Shown piece after piece: positions 39,932-50,108 of a stretch of 64,000 bases of DNA. The notes under the pieces were generated by a model. That model worked only from the letters and a program-made list of their open reading frames with translations. It did no database searches and had not been told where the DNA came from. The position numbers and the translations under genes were made by a program. Source of the DNA: Actinomycetes bacterium (lineage in GTDB: Bacteria > Actinomycetota > CALGFH01); NCBI GenBank assembly GCA_036000965.1, contig DASYUT010000206.1, forward strand, positions 1,193 through 65,192. Reading direction: 5' to 3'. Within the stretch, counting starts at the first letter, position 1. Each line of letters opens with the position of its first letter.

Positions 39932-41887
39932 ATGCTGACGGAGGCGTTCGAGCTGGAGGCATCCGAGGGCCCGAGCCCGTTCCCGCCCATCGCCGAGTAT
40001 GCGTTCCTGTCCGACTGCGAGACCAACGCGCTGGTAGCGGCGAGCGGCAACGTCGAGTGGCTGTGCCTGCCGCGCCCCGACGGGTGGAGCGTGTTCGCCT
40101 CGATCCTGGACCGGGCGGCGGGCGGCTTTCGGCTCGGCCCGACAGGGGTCACGGTGCCGGCTGGGCGTCGCTACCTCCCCGGCACCCTGGTCCTGGAGAC
40201 GACCTGGCGGGCCCGCAGCGGCTGGATCGTCGTCCGCGACGCGATGTGCATCGGCCCGTGGTACCACCACCAGCGGCGTTCGGGGACCCACCGCCGGCCG
40301 CCGACCGACCACGAGGCCGAGCACACCTTGCTTCGTACAGTGAAGTGCATCATCGGCAGCGTGGAGCTCGCACTGGACTGCGAGCCGGTGTTCGACTACG
40401 GGCGGACCGAGGCCCGCTGGGAGTACGCGGGGGCGGGCTACGGCGAGGCGATCGCGCACGGCGGTGACGGGGAGGTGCCGTTGCGGCTGGTCACCGACTT
40501 GCGCGTCGGGTTCGAGGGCCGCGGCGCCCACGCGCGCACCACGCTGCGCGAGGGCGAACGGGCGTTCGTCGCGCTGTGCTGGCCTCGGTCGCAGTGGTCG
40601 GCGTCGGAGGAGCACTGGGCGGAGCGGGCCCCGCCCAGCACGTGCGACGAGGCCTTCGAACGCATGGAGCGGACCGGGGAGTTCTGGCGTGGCTGGATCA
40701 ACCAGGGGATGTTCCCGGAGCATCCCTGGCAGAGCTATCTGCAGCGCAGCGCGCTGACGCTCAAGGGCCTGACCTACGCGCCAACCGGTGCGCTGCTGGC
40801 GGCGGCCACGACGTCGCTGCCCGAGACGCCCGGGGGCGAACGCAACTACGACTACCGCTACACCTGGATCCGTGACGCCACCTTCATGCTGTGGGGCCTG
40901 TACACCCTTGGCTTCGACCGCGAGGCCAACGACTTCTTCTACTTCGTGGCCGATGTCTGTGAGGGCGAGAAGGATCTCCAGATCATGTATGGGGTAGGCG
41001 GTGAGAAGGACCTGCCTGAGCAGACCCTCGACCACCTGGACGGCTACGAGGGGGCACGGCCGGTCCGGATCGGCAACGCGGCTGCGGCCCAGGCCCAGCA
41101 CGACGTCTGGGGCGCCGTGCTCGACTCGGTCTACCTGCACGCCAAGTCGAGGGAGCACCTGCCCGAGCGGGTCTGGCCGACCCTCAAGCGGGCGGTCGAG
41201 TGCGCAGCGGCCAATTGGCACAAACCCGACCAGGGGATCTGGGAGGTGCGCGGCGAGCCCAAGCACTTCACGTCGTCGAAGCTGATGTGCTGGGTGGCGT
41301 GCGACCGTGGCGCCCGGCTGGCGAAGCTGCACGGCGATCGCGAGCTGGCCACCAGCTGGCGCAAGGCGGCCGAGGAGATCCACGCCGACATCTGCGAGCA
41401 CGGCGTGGACCAGCGGGGGGTGTTCGTCCAGTCCTACGACTCCACCGCGCTCGACGCTTCGGTGCTGCTCATGCCGCTGCTGCGCTTCCTGCCCCCAGAC
41501 GACCCGCGGATCCGGAAGACCGTGCTGGCGGTCGCGGAGGAGCTGACCGTCGACGAGCTGGTGCTGCGCTACCGGGTGGGCCAGACCGACGACGGCTTTT
41601 CGGGTGAGGAGGGTACGTTCACGATCTGCTCGTTCTGGCTGGTCTCCGCGCTGGTGGAGATCGGCGAGGTCGCCCGCGCGCGCCAGCTGTGCGAGAAGCT
41701 GCTGTCGTATGCCAGCCCGCTGCAGCTCTATGCCGAGGAGATCGACCCGCGCAGCGGTCGGCACCTGGGAAACTTCCCCCAGTCGTTCACCCACCTGGCC
41801 CTGATCAACGCGGTCATGCACGTGATCCGGGCCGAGGCCGGCGGCGACGCGACCCGCTTCGCACCCCAGGGCGTGTCGGTGCTTTGA
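39932..41887 (+). CDS. glycoside hydrolase family 15 protein (glucoamylase/trehalase-like); maximal ORF from 39746 would add an N-terminal repeat-containing extension
   Basis: 'PTGALLAAATTSLPETPGGERNYDYRYTWIRDATF' GH15 catalytic region; (alpha/alpha)6 barrel length. Confidence 0.8.
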   Translation: MLTEAFELEASEGPSPFPPIAEYAFLSDCETNALVAASGNVEWLCLPRPDGWSVFASILDRAAGGFRLGPTGVTVPAGRRYLPGTLVLETTWRARSGWIVVRDAMCIGPWYHHQRRSGTHRRPPTDHEAEHTLLRTVKCIIGSVELALDCEPVFDYGRTEARWEYAGAGYGEAIAHGGDGEVPLRLVTDLRVGFEGRGAHARTTLREGERAFVALCWPRSQWSASEEHWAERAPPSTCDEAFERMERTGEFWRGWINQGMFPEHPWQSYLQRSALTLKGLTYAPTGALLAAATTSLPETPGGERNYDYRYTWIRDATFMLWGLYTLGFDREANDFFYFVADVCEGEKDLQIMYGVGGEKDLPEQTLDHLDGYEGARPVRIGNAAAAQAQHDVWGAVLDSVYLHAKSREHLPERVWPTLKRAVECAAANWHKPDQGIWEVRGEPKHFTSSKLMCWVACDRGARLAKLHGDRELATSWRKAAEEIHADICEHGVDQRGVFVQSYDSTALDASVLLMPLLRFLPPDDPRIRKTVLAVAEELTVDELVLRYRVGQTDDGFSGEEGTFTICSFWLVSALVEIGEVARARQLCEKLLSYASPLQLYAEEIDPRSGRHLGNFPQSFTHLALINAVMHVIRAEAGGDATRFAPQGVSVL

Positions 41888-42042
41888 GCTGCCGCGGTGT
41901 CGCCGCGGTGGGAACCTGGCCCGGTGACCCCTCCGGCTCCACCTGTCGGCGCAGCCTGGAAGCAGGTCACCAGAGGTTCTGCCCGTAACCCGGGCCAGCG
42001 ACCAGGGCCGTCAAGTCACGGACAGGACCTCTGAGCAGGTGC

Positions 42043-43329
42043 TCAGCGGAAGACTCCCGTGTGGCCCAGGGAGTAGCGGCCGGGCTGCGGGTAGACGCAC
42101 AGCCCGTGGGGGCCGCGACCAACCCGGATGCGGGCGAGCAGCCGGCCGGTGCGGGTGTCGATGGCATAGACCTCGGCGTGGTAGCGACCCGACAGCCACA
42201 GCACACGGCCGTCGGCGGAGACCCCACCCATGTCGGGGCTGCCCCCACCCGGCAGGCGCCAGGTGGCGACCACCCTGCGGGTGGCGAACGAGAGCAGCGA
42301 GACCGACCCCTCGCCCCGGTTGGAGACATACAGGTAGTGGGAGTCCCGGCTCACGCTGAACCCGTGCGCGCCCGTGCCGGTCGCCACGAACCCCACGACC
42401 CGCGGCCGGGCGGCGTCGACGACCCACACGCCGTTCGAGGCCGTGTCGGCGACGTAGAAGACCCTGCCGTCGGGGGCGAGCTTGACGTCCTGGGGCATCG
42501 CGCCCGCGCGCAGACCCACGACGCTCACGACCTGCTCGCGGGCCACGTCGACGTGGACCAGCTGGCCGCTGAACTCGCAGCTTGCCAGCAGGTGGCGCCC
42601 GTCGGCGCTGAAGTCGAGGTGGTCGACACCCTGGCAGGGCACGCGCAGAGCGTGGCGCAGCCTCATCGTGTGCGGCTCGCGGAAGTCCAGGCGGCCCAGG
42701 CGCTCGGCGACAACGATCGCGCGCCGGCCGTCGGGGGTGAAGTACAGGTTGTAGGGGTCGGCCACGGCGACCGTCGGGCCGGGGCGGCCGCTGGCCGGGT
42801 CGACCGGGGTGAGGGTGTTGCCTTGGTTGTTGCCGACCCACAGGGTGCGCAGGTCCCAGGACGGGGTGACGTGCTGGGGCAGCCCGCCGGTGGCGAAGCG
42901 GGCGACGCGCCGGAACGTCCGCGCGTCGATGACGTCGACGCTGTCGCTTTGGCTGTTGGGCACGTACACGCGGGCGGGGAAGCCACGGACAGCCGGGCTG
43001 AGCTGGCCGGGTCGGTCGGCGGCGTAGGCGTCGTGGGGGTCGAGCGCCGCCGGCATGCCGGGCAGCGGGTCGGCCGCCAGCGGGTCGGCCGCGCCGGTCG
43101 CCGACGGGTCCGACCGGGCCGGCGCCGCGGCCCCGGTGGCCCCGGTGGCCCCGGTGGCCCCGGTGGCCCCGGCGGCCGCCGTCCTCGGGCCGGTGCCGCA
43201 GGATGCCACGACCAGACCAGCGACAGCCGCGAGGGCCAGGGCGCGGACTTTGGCGCGGTATGGGGTCAGTGCCTCTTTGCCTTCGTCTCGCCGTGGTCCG
43301 GCGATGCTGTGGGAGGTAGCGGCGGTCAT
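42043..43329 (-). CDS. YncE-like beta-propeller repeat lipoprotein
   Basis: Lipobox 'LVVASCG'; repeated 'YV.N…G.VSVID' 40-residue beta-propeller units; contains an (ATG)4 peptide encoded by a 9-bp ×4 DNA repeat. Confidence 0.65.
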   Translation of the reverse strand: MTAATSHSIAGPRRDEGKEALTPYRAKVRALALAAVAGLVVASCGTGPRTAAAGATGATGATGATGAAAPARSDPSATGAADPLAADPLPGMPAALDPHDAYAADRPGQLSPAVRGFPARVYVPNSQSDSVDVIDARTFRRVARFATGGLPQHVTPSWDLRTLWVGNNQGNTLTPVDPASGRPGPTVAVADPYNLYFTPDGRRAIVVAERLGRLDFREPHTMRLRHALRVPCQGVDHLDFSADGRHLLASCEFSGQLVHVDVAREQVVSVVGLRAGAMPQDVKLAPDGRVFYVADTASNGVWVVDAARPRVVGFVATGTGAHGFSVSRDSHYLYVSNRGEGSVSLLSFATRRVVATWRLPGGGSPDMGGVSADGRVLWLSGRYHAEVYAIDTRTGRLLARIRVGRGPHGLCVYPQPGRYSLGHTGVFR

Positions 43330-43752
43330 GGTGACGGGATCGTACCCGGCGGCACCTGAACGGCACCTGATCGGCGGTTGGAGCGAGGGTCGTAGGTCGT
43401 CCGGCGAAGGTCCTCCAGGCTTCACTCCTCACTGGCCTGGTCGGGGTCGACAGCGGGCCCGTCACCCCGCTTGCCCGGGGGTCAAAACCATTGACTCGGC
43501 GACTCCTCGGAGCGCATAGTTACAACCACCATTGAGCGGCTACCGGCAGTCATTGCGGCTCCGCGAAAACCCCAAATGCTGCTGGTCTGATGTGCTCAAG
43601 AAATGGTCACGGCGTTCCTGGGCGGGTTCTGGCGACCGGAGGAGGGTGCCGACAAGCCCACCGGTGCAATGGGAACACCTATGCAATGGGAACACCTATG
43701 CGCCCGAGCAGCTGGGGTAGCACTCGGCTGAGTTCGGGCAGGGGGAGCAGAG

Positions 43753-44706
43753 ATGCCACGTCTTCGCATCGGCTTCACGACGGCTGCGGCGGCTGCGGTG
43801 ACGACGTTGCCGCTCCTGCTCGGTGCGTGCGGGTCGGCCGGTAGCGCCAGTCCGGCGCGGGCGCCCGAGACAACAGCGAGCACGCAGGCCCAGTCTTCGA
43901 CGCCTTCCACCGCGACGACGCAGCCACCGTCGCAGGCCGCGAAACAAGCGACCGAGAAGGACTTCAACCGCAACAATTTCGACCGTTCGACCAACATCGA
44001 CAACCAATGGTTCCCCCTGAAGCCCGGGAAGCAGCTCGTCTACGACGGGGAAACCAAGGCGGACGGCAAGCGCGTCCGCCATCGCGTGGTGTTCACCGTC
44101 ACCGACCTCACCAAGGTGGTCGACGGCGTGCGCAACGTCGTCGTCTGGGACAGGGACTACACCGAAGGCCGGCTGGTGGAGGCCGAGCTCGCCTTCTTCG
44201 CCCAGGACAACGACGGGAATGTCTGGCACCTGGGCCAGTACCCTGAGGAGTACGAGGAGGGGAAGCTCGCCGCCGCGCCAGCCTGGATCGCCGGTCGGGA
44301 AGGTGCGAAGCCGGGGATCGCCATGCGGGCAGACCCGCGGGTGCGGACGTCTGGCTACTCGCAGGGGTTTGGGCCCAAGGTCAACTGGACGGACCGCGCG
44401 AGGGTGTCCAAGACGGGCCAGAAGACCTGTGTGCCCGCCGGCTGCTACGAGGGCGTGCTGGTGACCGACGAGAACACCCGGGACGAGCCGGACGCCCACC
44501 AGCTCAAGTACTACGCGCGCGGGGTGGGCAATGTGCGGGTCGGCTGGGCGGGGCGTGACGAAGAACAGGAGACCCTGGTGCTGGTCAAGGTCGTGCAGCT
44601 CAGCCCGGCGGCCTTGGCGGAGGTCCGCAGGGACGCGCTGAAGCTCGAGCAGCGCGCCTACGCGATCAGCAAGAACGTGTACGGTCACACGCCACCGGCG
44701 GAGTAG
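43753..44706 (+). CDS. hypothetical lipoprotein
   Basis: Signal/lipobox 'LPLLLGACGS' followed by a low-complexity S/T/Q linker; no recognised catalytic domain. Confidence 0.6.
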   Translation: MPRLRIGFTTAAAAAVTTLPLLLGACGSAGSASPARAPETTASTQAQSSTPSTATTQPPSQAAKQATEKDFNRNNFDRSTNIDNQWFPLKPGKQLVYDGETKADGKRVRHRVVFTVTDLTKVVDGVRNVVVWDRDYTEGRLVEAELAFFAQDNDGNVWHLGQYPEEYEEGKLAAAPAWIAGREGAKPGIAMRADPRVRTSGYSQGFGPKVNWTDRARVSKTGQKTCVPAGCYEGVLVTDENTRDEPDAHQLKYYARGVGNVRVGWAGRDEEQETLVLVKVVQLSPAALAEVRRDALKLEQRAYAISKNVYGHTPPAE

Positions 44707-44846
44707 GCTCCGGGGACAGCCCACCTTGGAAGAATGTGGGCTCGCCGGCCGGCCACGGGCCAGTCGGCAGGACGGGCGCGGTGGCTGCCGGGGTGGTGGC
44801 TGCGGGGCCGTCGCCGAGCAGGGGAGACGGCCCCGCAGCGCGCGCC

Positions 44847-46733
44847 TTATGGCTTGATCAGGCTGATGCGGGTGTACCAGTTGGCGAGCGCGGTGCGGGT
44901 CGCGCCGCAGCTCCCGATCGGCGCCGCCAGCCACTGCGCGAGCGTGCAGGTCTGCCCGATGTACTCGGAGCCGATCCAGATGGAGCTGCCGTCCACGGCG
45001 GCCGCGCCGTAGTCGCCCCAGCGGGTCCGCGGCGGAGCGCCGACGAACGACTTGTAGCTGGTGAAGCCGTCCGACGGCCCGAGGCCCTCCCTGGCGACCT
45101 GGACGGGACCAGTACCCGCGGTGCTGTCGAGGCTCGCGTAGGCCGCGCTCGGGTAGTGGTCCGCGCCGACCAGCGTGAAGGCGATCACGCCGCGGCCGCT
45201 CGCGGTGACCCCGACCGCCGGGTAGGTCAGGTGGTTGTCGGCCACCCCGAACTGGCCCTGCTTGATGATGCGGCCCGACAGGTGCGAGGCGTCGATCTGC
45301 GGCCGGACCACGTAGAAGGCGACCCCGGCCTTGTCCGCGCCGCCGACGTTGACGGCCGTGCCGAGCGCTCCCCAGACCTTGCCGTTGGCGAACATCACCT
45401 GCTGCATGCGGCTGTCGCTGGCGTCCAGGCGCGACTCGACCTCGTCGTGCGCGGGCTCGTTGGCGAACAGCAGCCGCCAGCAGCCCGGCCCGGCCGGGGT
45501 CGGCGTGGTGCTGTCGTTGATGCACTCGCCCAGCGGGATGTTGCCGGGCTTCTGGTCGGCCTTTGGCGGGACCCCGTAGGTGCCGACCGGGGTGATCGCG
45601 TTCCGCAGCGTGACCGCAGGGGTGGCGGTGTTCAGTGACGACGTGTTGGACAGCGCCCAGAGCGCGATTCGGTTGTCGGTGCCGGTGCCGTTGGCCTCCT
45701 CCGCCGCCATCGAGCTGAGGAAGTACTCGGTGCCGCCGAGGTCGTCGGCGTAGGCGCCGGCCGGTGTGATCGCCGGCCACACCGTGAAGCCCGGGTTGCC
45801 GGCGACCGCCCCGACCGTGTCGAACTGGGTCACGGTGACGGTCGGCGCGCCCGCCGCCAGCGCGGCCTTGGAGAACGCGTAGACCTGGGCGGCGTGGAAT
45901 CCGTCCGCGAAGAACGGGTACTCGTTGGTGGTGACGAAGAAGCCGTGGCGGTCGGCGCCGATGTGCGGGAAGTCGCCGATGCAGGGGCCGCCCGCGCAGT
46001 GGTGGTTGGGCGTGCCCTGCGTGCCGTCGTTCTGGACGGGGAGGCGGTAGATCGTCCAGGCGCCGGTCGGGTCGGCGGTCTTGGACACGGCGATGTCGAT
46101 GTGGTTCGGGCCCGTGAACGCCCCGTTGGCGGGGACGACCTCGAGGGTCAGCACGACGTTGAACCAGCGCTGCGTGTCAGGGTCGAAGTGGCAGCTCGGG
46201 TCGGTGACGAAGGGGCCGAAGGTCCCGGTGGTGCGGTTGATCGCGGGCGGGTAGCCGTAGAACGTGTTGAGGTCGACGACGCCGGTCCGCGCGTTCCCGG
46301 AGCGGTCGTAGACCCGCAGGACGTCGTTGACCGACTCCAGCACGAAGCCGTTGCCGGCGCAGAGCCCCTGGTCGGGCGGCTCGACCGAGAACTGGTTACC
46401 GTTGTTGGCCAGCCGCTGGTCACGGTGGATGAGCCCGTCGAAGCTCCTGACCAGCTGCGGGCTCGACTTGACCTTGGCGCTGGGCACCGCGCTGCCGCTG
46501 CCGCGGAGACCCTGCGACAGGCTGCGGTCGACGGCCGTCGCCTCCTCCTTACGCGGCTCGCCGACGAACTCGGGGAACTGGATCGCGTCGCTGCCGGTGG
46601 GAGTCTCCCGGAACGTGGTCGTCCCCCCGCTCGCGATCTGCCGCGTAACCCCATCCGCCTGTGCGGGGGCGACGTTCCCCCCGAGTGCCGTCACCACACC
46701 GAGCACGAGCACTGGTACCAGTGCCCAGCCCAC
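44847..46733 (-). CDS. secreted hypothetical protein, distant paralogue of the adjacent BNR/sialidase-like gene
   Basis: Signal peptide 'MGWALVPVLVLGVVTALGGNVAPAQA'; C-terminal 'RWGDYGAAAVDGSSIWIGSEY' region resembles 'FLGDYVYAAATRTYGAAVWND' of the neighbouring gene. Confidence 0.6.
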   Translation of the reverse strand: MGWALVPVLVLGVVTALGGNVAPAQADGVTRQIASGGTTTFRETPTGSDAIQFPEFVGEPRKEEATAVDRSLSQGLRGSGSAVPSAKVKSSPQLVRSFDGLIHRDQRLANNGNQFSVEPPDQGLCAGNGFVLESVNDVLRVYDRSGNARTGVVDLNTFYGYPPAINRTTGTFGPFVTDPSCHFDPDTQRWFNVVLTLEVVPANGAFTGPNHIDIAVSKTADPTGAWTIYRLPVQNDGTQGTPNHHCAGGPCIGDFPHIGADRHGFFVTTNEYPFFADGFHAAQVYAFSKAALAAGAPTVTVTQFDTVGAVAGNPGFTVWPAITPAGAYADDLGGTEYFLSSMAAEEANGTGTDNRIALWALSNTSSLNTATPAVTLRNAITPVGTYGVPPKADQKPGNIPLGECINDSTTPTPAGPGCWRLLFANEPAHDEVESRLDASDSRMQQVMFANGKVWGALGTAVNVGGADKAGVAFYVVRPQIDASHLSGRIIKQGQFGVADNHLTYPAVGVTASGRGVIAFTLVGADHYPSAAYASLDSTAGTGPVQVAREGLGPSDGFTSYKSFVGAPPRTRWGDYGAAAVDGSSIWIGSEYIGQTCTLAQWLAAPIGSCGATRTALANWYTRISLIKP

Positions 46734-47063
46734 AGCCTTGTGCGCTTCATCCCGGTGACCTCCCCGCAGCCTGCCTACCTGCCAAAGCGCAGGTCAGGTA
46801 TGGATAGCTCGCATACCGTGCCCAAGGGGAGAAGCAGTGTCAATACGCACGGCGTGACCTCGGTAGCGGCGACCGGGCGGCAGCCGCGGCGGGCGTTCAT
46901 CCTGTGACATCCTGTGACATCCTGTGACGCGGAAGCCCCTCCTGGACCACCTGTAACGCCGAAGCCCTGCTGAACGGCTCATGTAGAGGTAGAGAACGGG
47001 GGCGACGTGCTGACAGCCCGCACACCGGACCGGGTTGCTCGCCTCCGGACCGAAGGGAGAACG

Positions 47064-48918
47064 CATGCGGAAGCCGTTGCGGGTGTTGCTCATCGTCGCG
47101 GTGGTGTCCCTGGTCGCCGCGCCGGCGGGTAGCGCCGTCGCGTTCAACGCCGACACGCTGGTCACCGTGGGCAGTCCACCGTCGCCGTTCTCGCAGAACA
47201 AGCAGAACGAGCCGGCCGTGGCGATCGACGCCAACCACCCCACCGTCCTGGTGGCAGGCGCGAACGACAACATCGACATGGAGGCCTGCAACGCCGGTAC
47301 CGACAACACCTGTCCGTTCACCGACGGCGTCGGCGGGTCAGGCGTCTCCTTCTCGTTCAACAGCGGCGACTCGTGGTTCCAGCCCACCTACACCGGCTGG
47401 AGCGCCCGCAACTGCGTGGGCGCGCCGGGCGACAACGACCCGCCCTGCCAGCCCCAGGTCGGTCCGATCGGCACGCTGCCCGGCTACTTCGAGGCGGGCC
47501 TGGTCTCCGACGGCGACCCAGCGGTGGCGTTCGGTCCGGTGTACAGGAACGGCAGCTTCTCGTGGGCGAACGGGTCTCGCCTGTACTACGCGAACCTGAC
47601 GTCGAACTTCCCGGGCCGGCAGGGGGTCAGGGGGTTCGAGGCGATCGCGGTGTCGCGGATCGACGGGCCGGCCTCCACCGGGCTGACCCAGGCCATCGTG
47701 TCCAACCAGGCCAACTGGCAGGCGCCGGTCATCGTGAGCAAGCAGAACTCGGCGCTGTTCGCCGACAAGGAGCAGGTGTGGGCCGACAACGCCTCGTCGA
47801 GCCCGTTCTTCGGGCACGCCTATGCCTGCTACGGGGCCTTCCGGGGCGTGCCGGGCACGTCTCAGCCGCTGGTGGTGGCGACGTCGACCGACGGCGGTGA
47901 CAGCTGGACCAACCACCAGGTCACGCCGGCCACGAACAACCCTGTCACCCCGAGGGGCTTCGGTCGGTCGGGCTGCACGATCCGGACCGACAGCCACGGC
48001 GTGGCGTACGTGTTCGCCTACCAGTTCGGCTCCGGGCTCCCCGGCAGCGGCGTCCAGATCATGAGCAAGTCCTTCGACGGCGGTCGCCACTGGACCCAGG
48101 CGCGGCCGATCCTCCCGGCGACCGACCTCTGCAACGCGTTCGAGCCGTCGATCGGCCGGTGCGTCGAGGACGGGATCGGCGGTGCCCGCGACGACCTCGG
48201 GCCCTCTCCGAGCGTGGACATCGCCAACGGCGCCCCGACCGGCGCCGACGCCACCAACCAGATCGTCGACGCCTGGGCGGACGGCCGTGACGGCCTCAAC
48301 AACGAGCACGTGATGTTCGCCTCCTCCAGCAACGGGGGCGCCACGTGGACCGGCCCGACCAGGATCGAGACGGCCGGGGACCGCGGGTACTATGCCGCGC
48401 CGGCGATCTCGCCGAACGGAACCGACGCCTGGGTCGTGTACAACGCATTTACCACACCGTTCCGCAACGACACCACGTCGCCCCGGAACCTCGTCGGGGT
48501 GGTCAAGCATGCGGACGTCGCGGCCAACGGCACCGTGGGAGCCTTCACCCAGGTCCACCGGAGCCCCGGCGGCGATCCCAGGGGCAGCAGCCAGAACAAC
48601 CTGGCGGCGGAGTTCCTCGGCGACTATGTCTACGCCGCGGCCACCCGCACGTACGGGGCCGCCGTCTGGAACGACGCCCGGCGGGCCGCCGACTGCCCGG
48701 CCATCGACGCCTACCGCCTGGCGCTGCACAACGAGGCGCTGGTGGCCGGCGGACCAGTGGCTGAACCGGAGGAGCCGCGGGGCGAGGAGGAGGCCGTCCA
48801 CCACCTGCTGAAGACCCAGGAGCCGCATGCCGTCGCCCCACCCGTGCAGCAGGTGTGCGAAGGGACGTTCGGCAACTCCGACATCTTCGGCGGGACCTAC
48901 GCCGACCCGACTCCGTAG
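47064..48918 (+). CDS. secreted BNR/Asp-box repeat protein (sialidase-like beta-propeller)
   Basis: Signal peptide; Asp-box repeats 'STDGGDSW', 'SFDGGRHW', 'SSNGGATW'; RBS GAAGGGAG. Confidence 0.7.
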
Positions 48919-48998
48919 CCGCAGGCCAAGCGGGCGGAAGGGGCACCGGAGGGCTGCTCCCTTCCGCCCGCGCGCCTGGCAGGTGCTTCAGCGACCGG

Positions 48999-49982
48999 CT
49001 ACCACCAGCCCTGCCGCCTCGCCCACCGCAGCAGCGCCGCTGACATGGCCGCCATGACCACCAGCACCACCGCCAGGTGCACGAAGTCGGTCCGGGCGTT
49101 GGCGATCACGTTCATCCCATAGATGGACGACAGGGCGGTGATCGGCAGCGTGACCGCCGCGATGACAGCCAGCCGTTCCGCGGCGATGGTCATCTTCGTC
49201 TCGGTCCGGGTCCGGTAGAACTCGATCACCCCCTGGAGGAACTCCTTCTGGCCGTCGGCCAGGGCACCCACCCGCTCGAACTGGTCCACGATGTCTGCCA
49301 CCTGCGGCTGGGACTGGCCGGGGACGAAGCGGGCGAGGGTGGCCATCCGCCCGTAGATCTCGCGGCTCTGCGCGGCCATGGTGCGGACCACGAGCAGCTC
49401 GTGCCGGGCGCGGAACAGCTCCTCGAGGAATTCCTCGGGATTGCCGATGTCACCGCCCATCACTTGCTGCTCGAGGAGTCCGGTCTCCCGGGCAAGGGTC
49501 GCCACGAAGCCCTCCTGGTGACGGGCCATGGCCGAGACGATCGCGTAGGACAGCTCGAACGACGAGGCGGGGCACATGCGCCCCGCCTCGATCCGCTTGA
49601 GCACCGCGCGGGTGTCGCGGAGGGCGACGTCAGGGTCGAGCGCCGAGTCGAGTGGCCCGTGGACGGTCACGACGAACCCGGGTCCTACGAACTGGTCGAG
49701 CTCGAGGTAGTGGACGTGGCCGCCCTTGCCGCGCTCGGGGGCGTGCAGGACGACGAACACATGGTCGGAGTAGGCGTGGACCTTGGGGATGTGGTTGCGC
49801 TCGACACAGTCCCGCACGGCCAGGGGATGGAAGCCGAACACCTCCGAGAGCACGCGGACGGCCTCCTGGTCGCAGGTGGGGATGTCCACCCACACGAGCC
49901 CCTCCTGGAGGGCGATCAGCGTCTCGAGCTCCTCGACGGGATGTTGCTCGACGCCGCCGTCGGCTATCAGTCGAACGTCCAT
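48999..49982 (-). CDS. corA: magnesium/cobalt transporter CorA
   Basis: C-terminal 'YGMNV' GMN motif with two TM helices; 327 aa. Confidence 0.85.
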   Translation of the reverse strand: MDVRLIADGGVEQHPVEELETLIALQEGLVWVDIPTCDQEAVRVLSEVFGFHPLAVRDCVERNHIPKVHAYSDHVFVVLHAPERGKGGHVHYLELDQFVGPGFVVTVHGPLDSALDPDVALRDTRAVLKRIEAGRMCPASSFELSYAIVSAMARHQEGFVATLARETGLLEQQVMGGDIGNPEEFLEELFRARHELLVVRTMAAQSREIYGRMATLARFVPGQSQPQVADIVDQFERVGALADGQKEFLQGVIEFYRTRTETKMTIAAERLAVIAAVTLPITALSSIYGMNVIANARTDFVHLAVVLVVMAAMSAALLRWARRQGWW

Positions 49983-50108
49983 CCCCTCGCCACCTCCCAG
50001 ACCACGGCGCCCGCGTGATGCTGGCCCGAGCCTGCGCCGCAGGCAGCAACTCGGCAACCTCAGCTGAGAGGCGTGGACGCCGGCGGCGCGAGCAGCTACC
50101 GTCCGACC

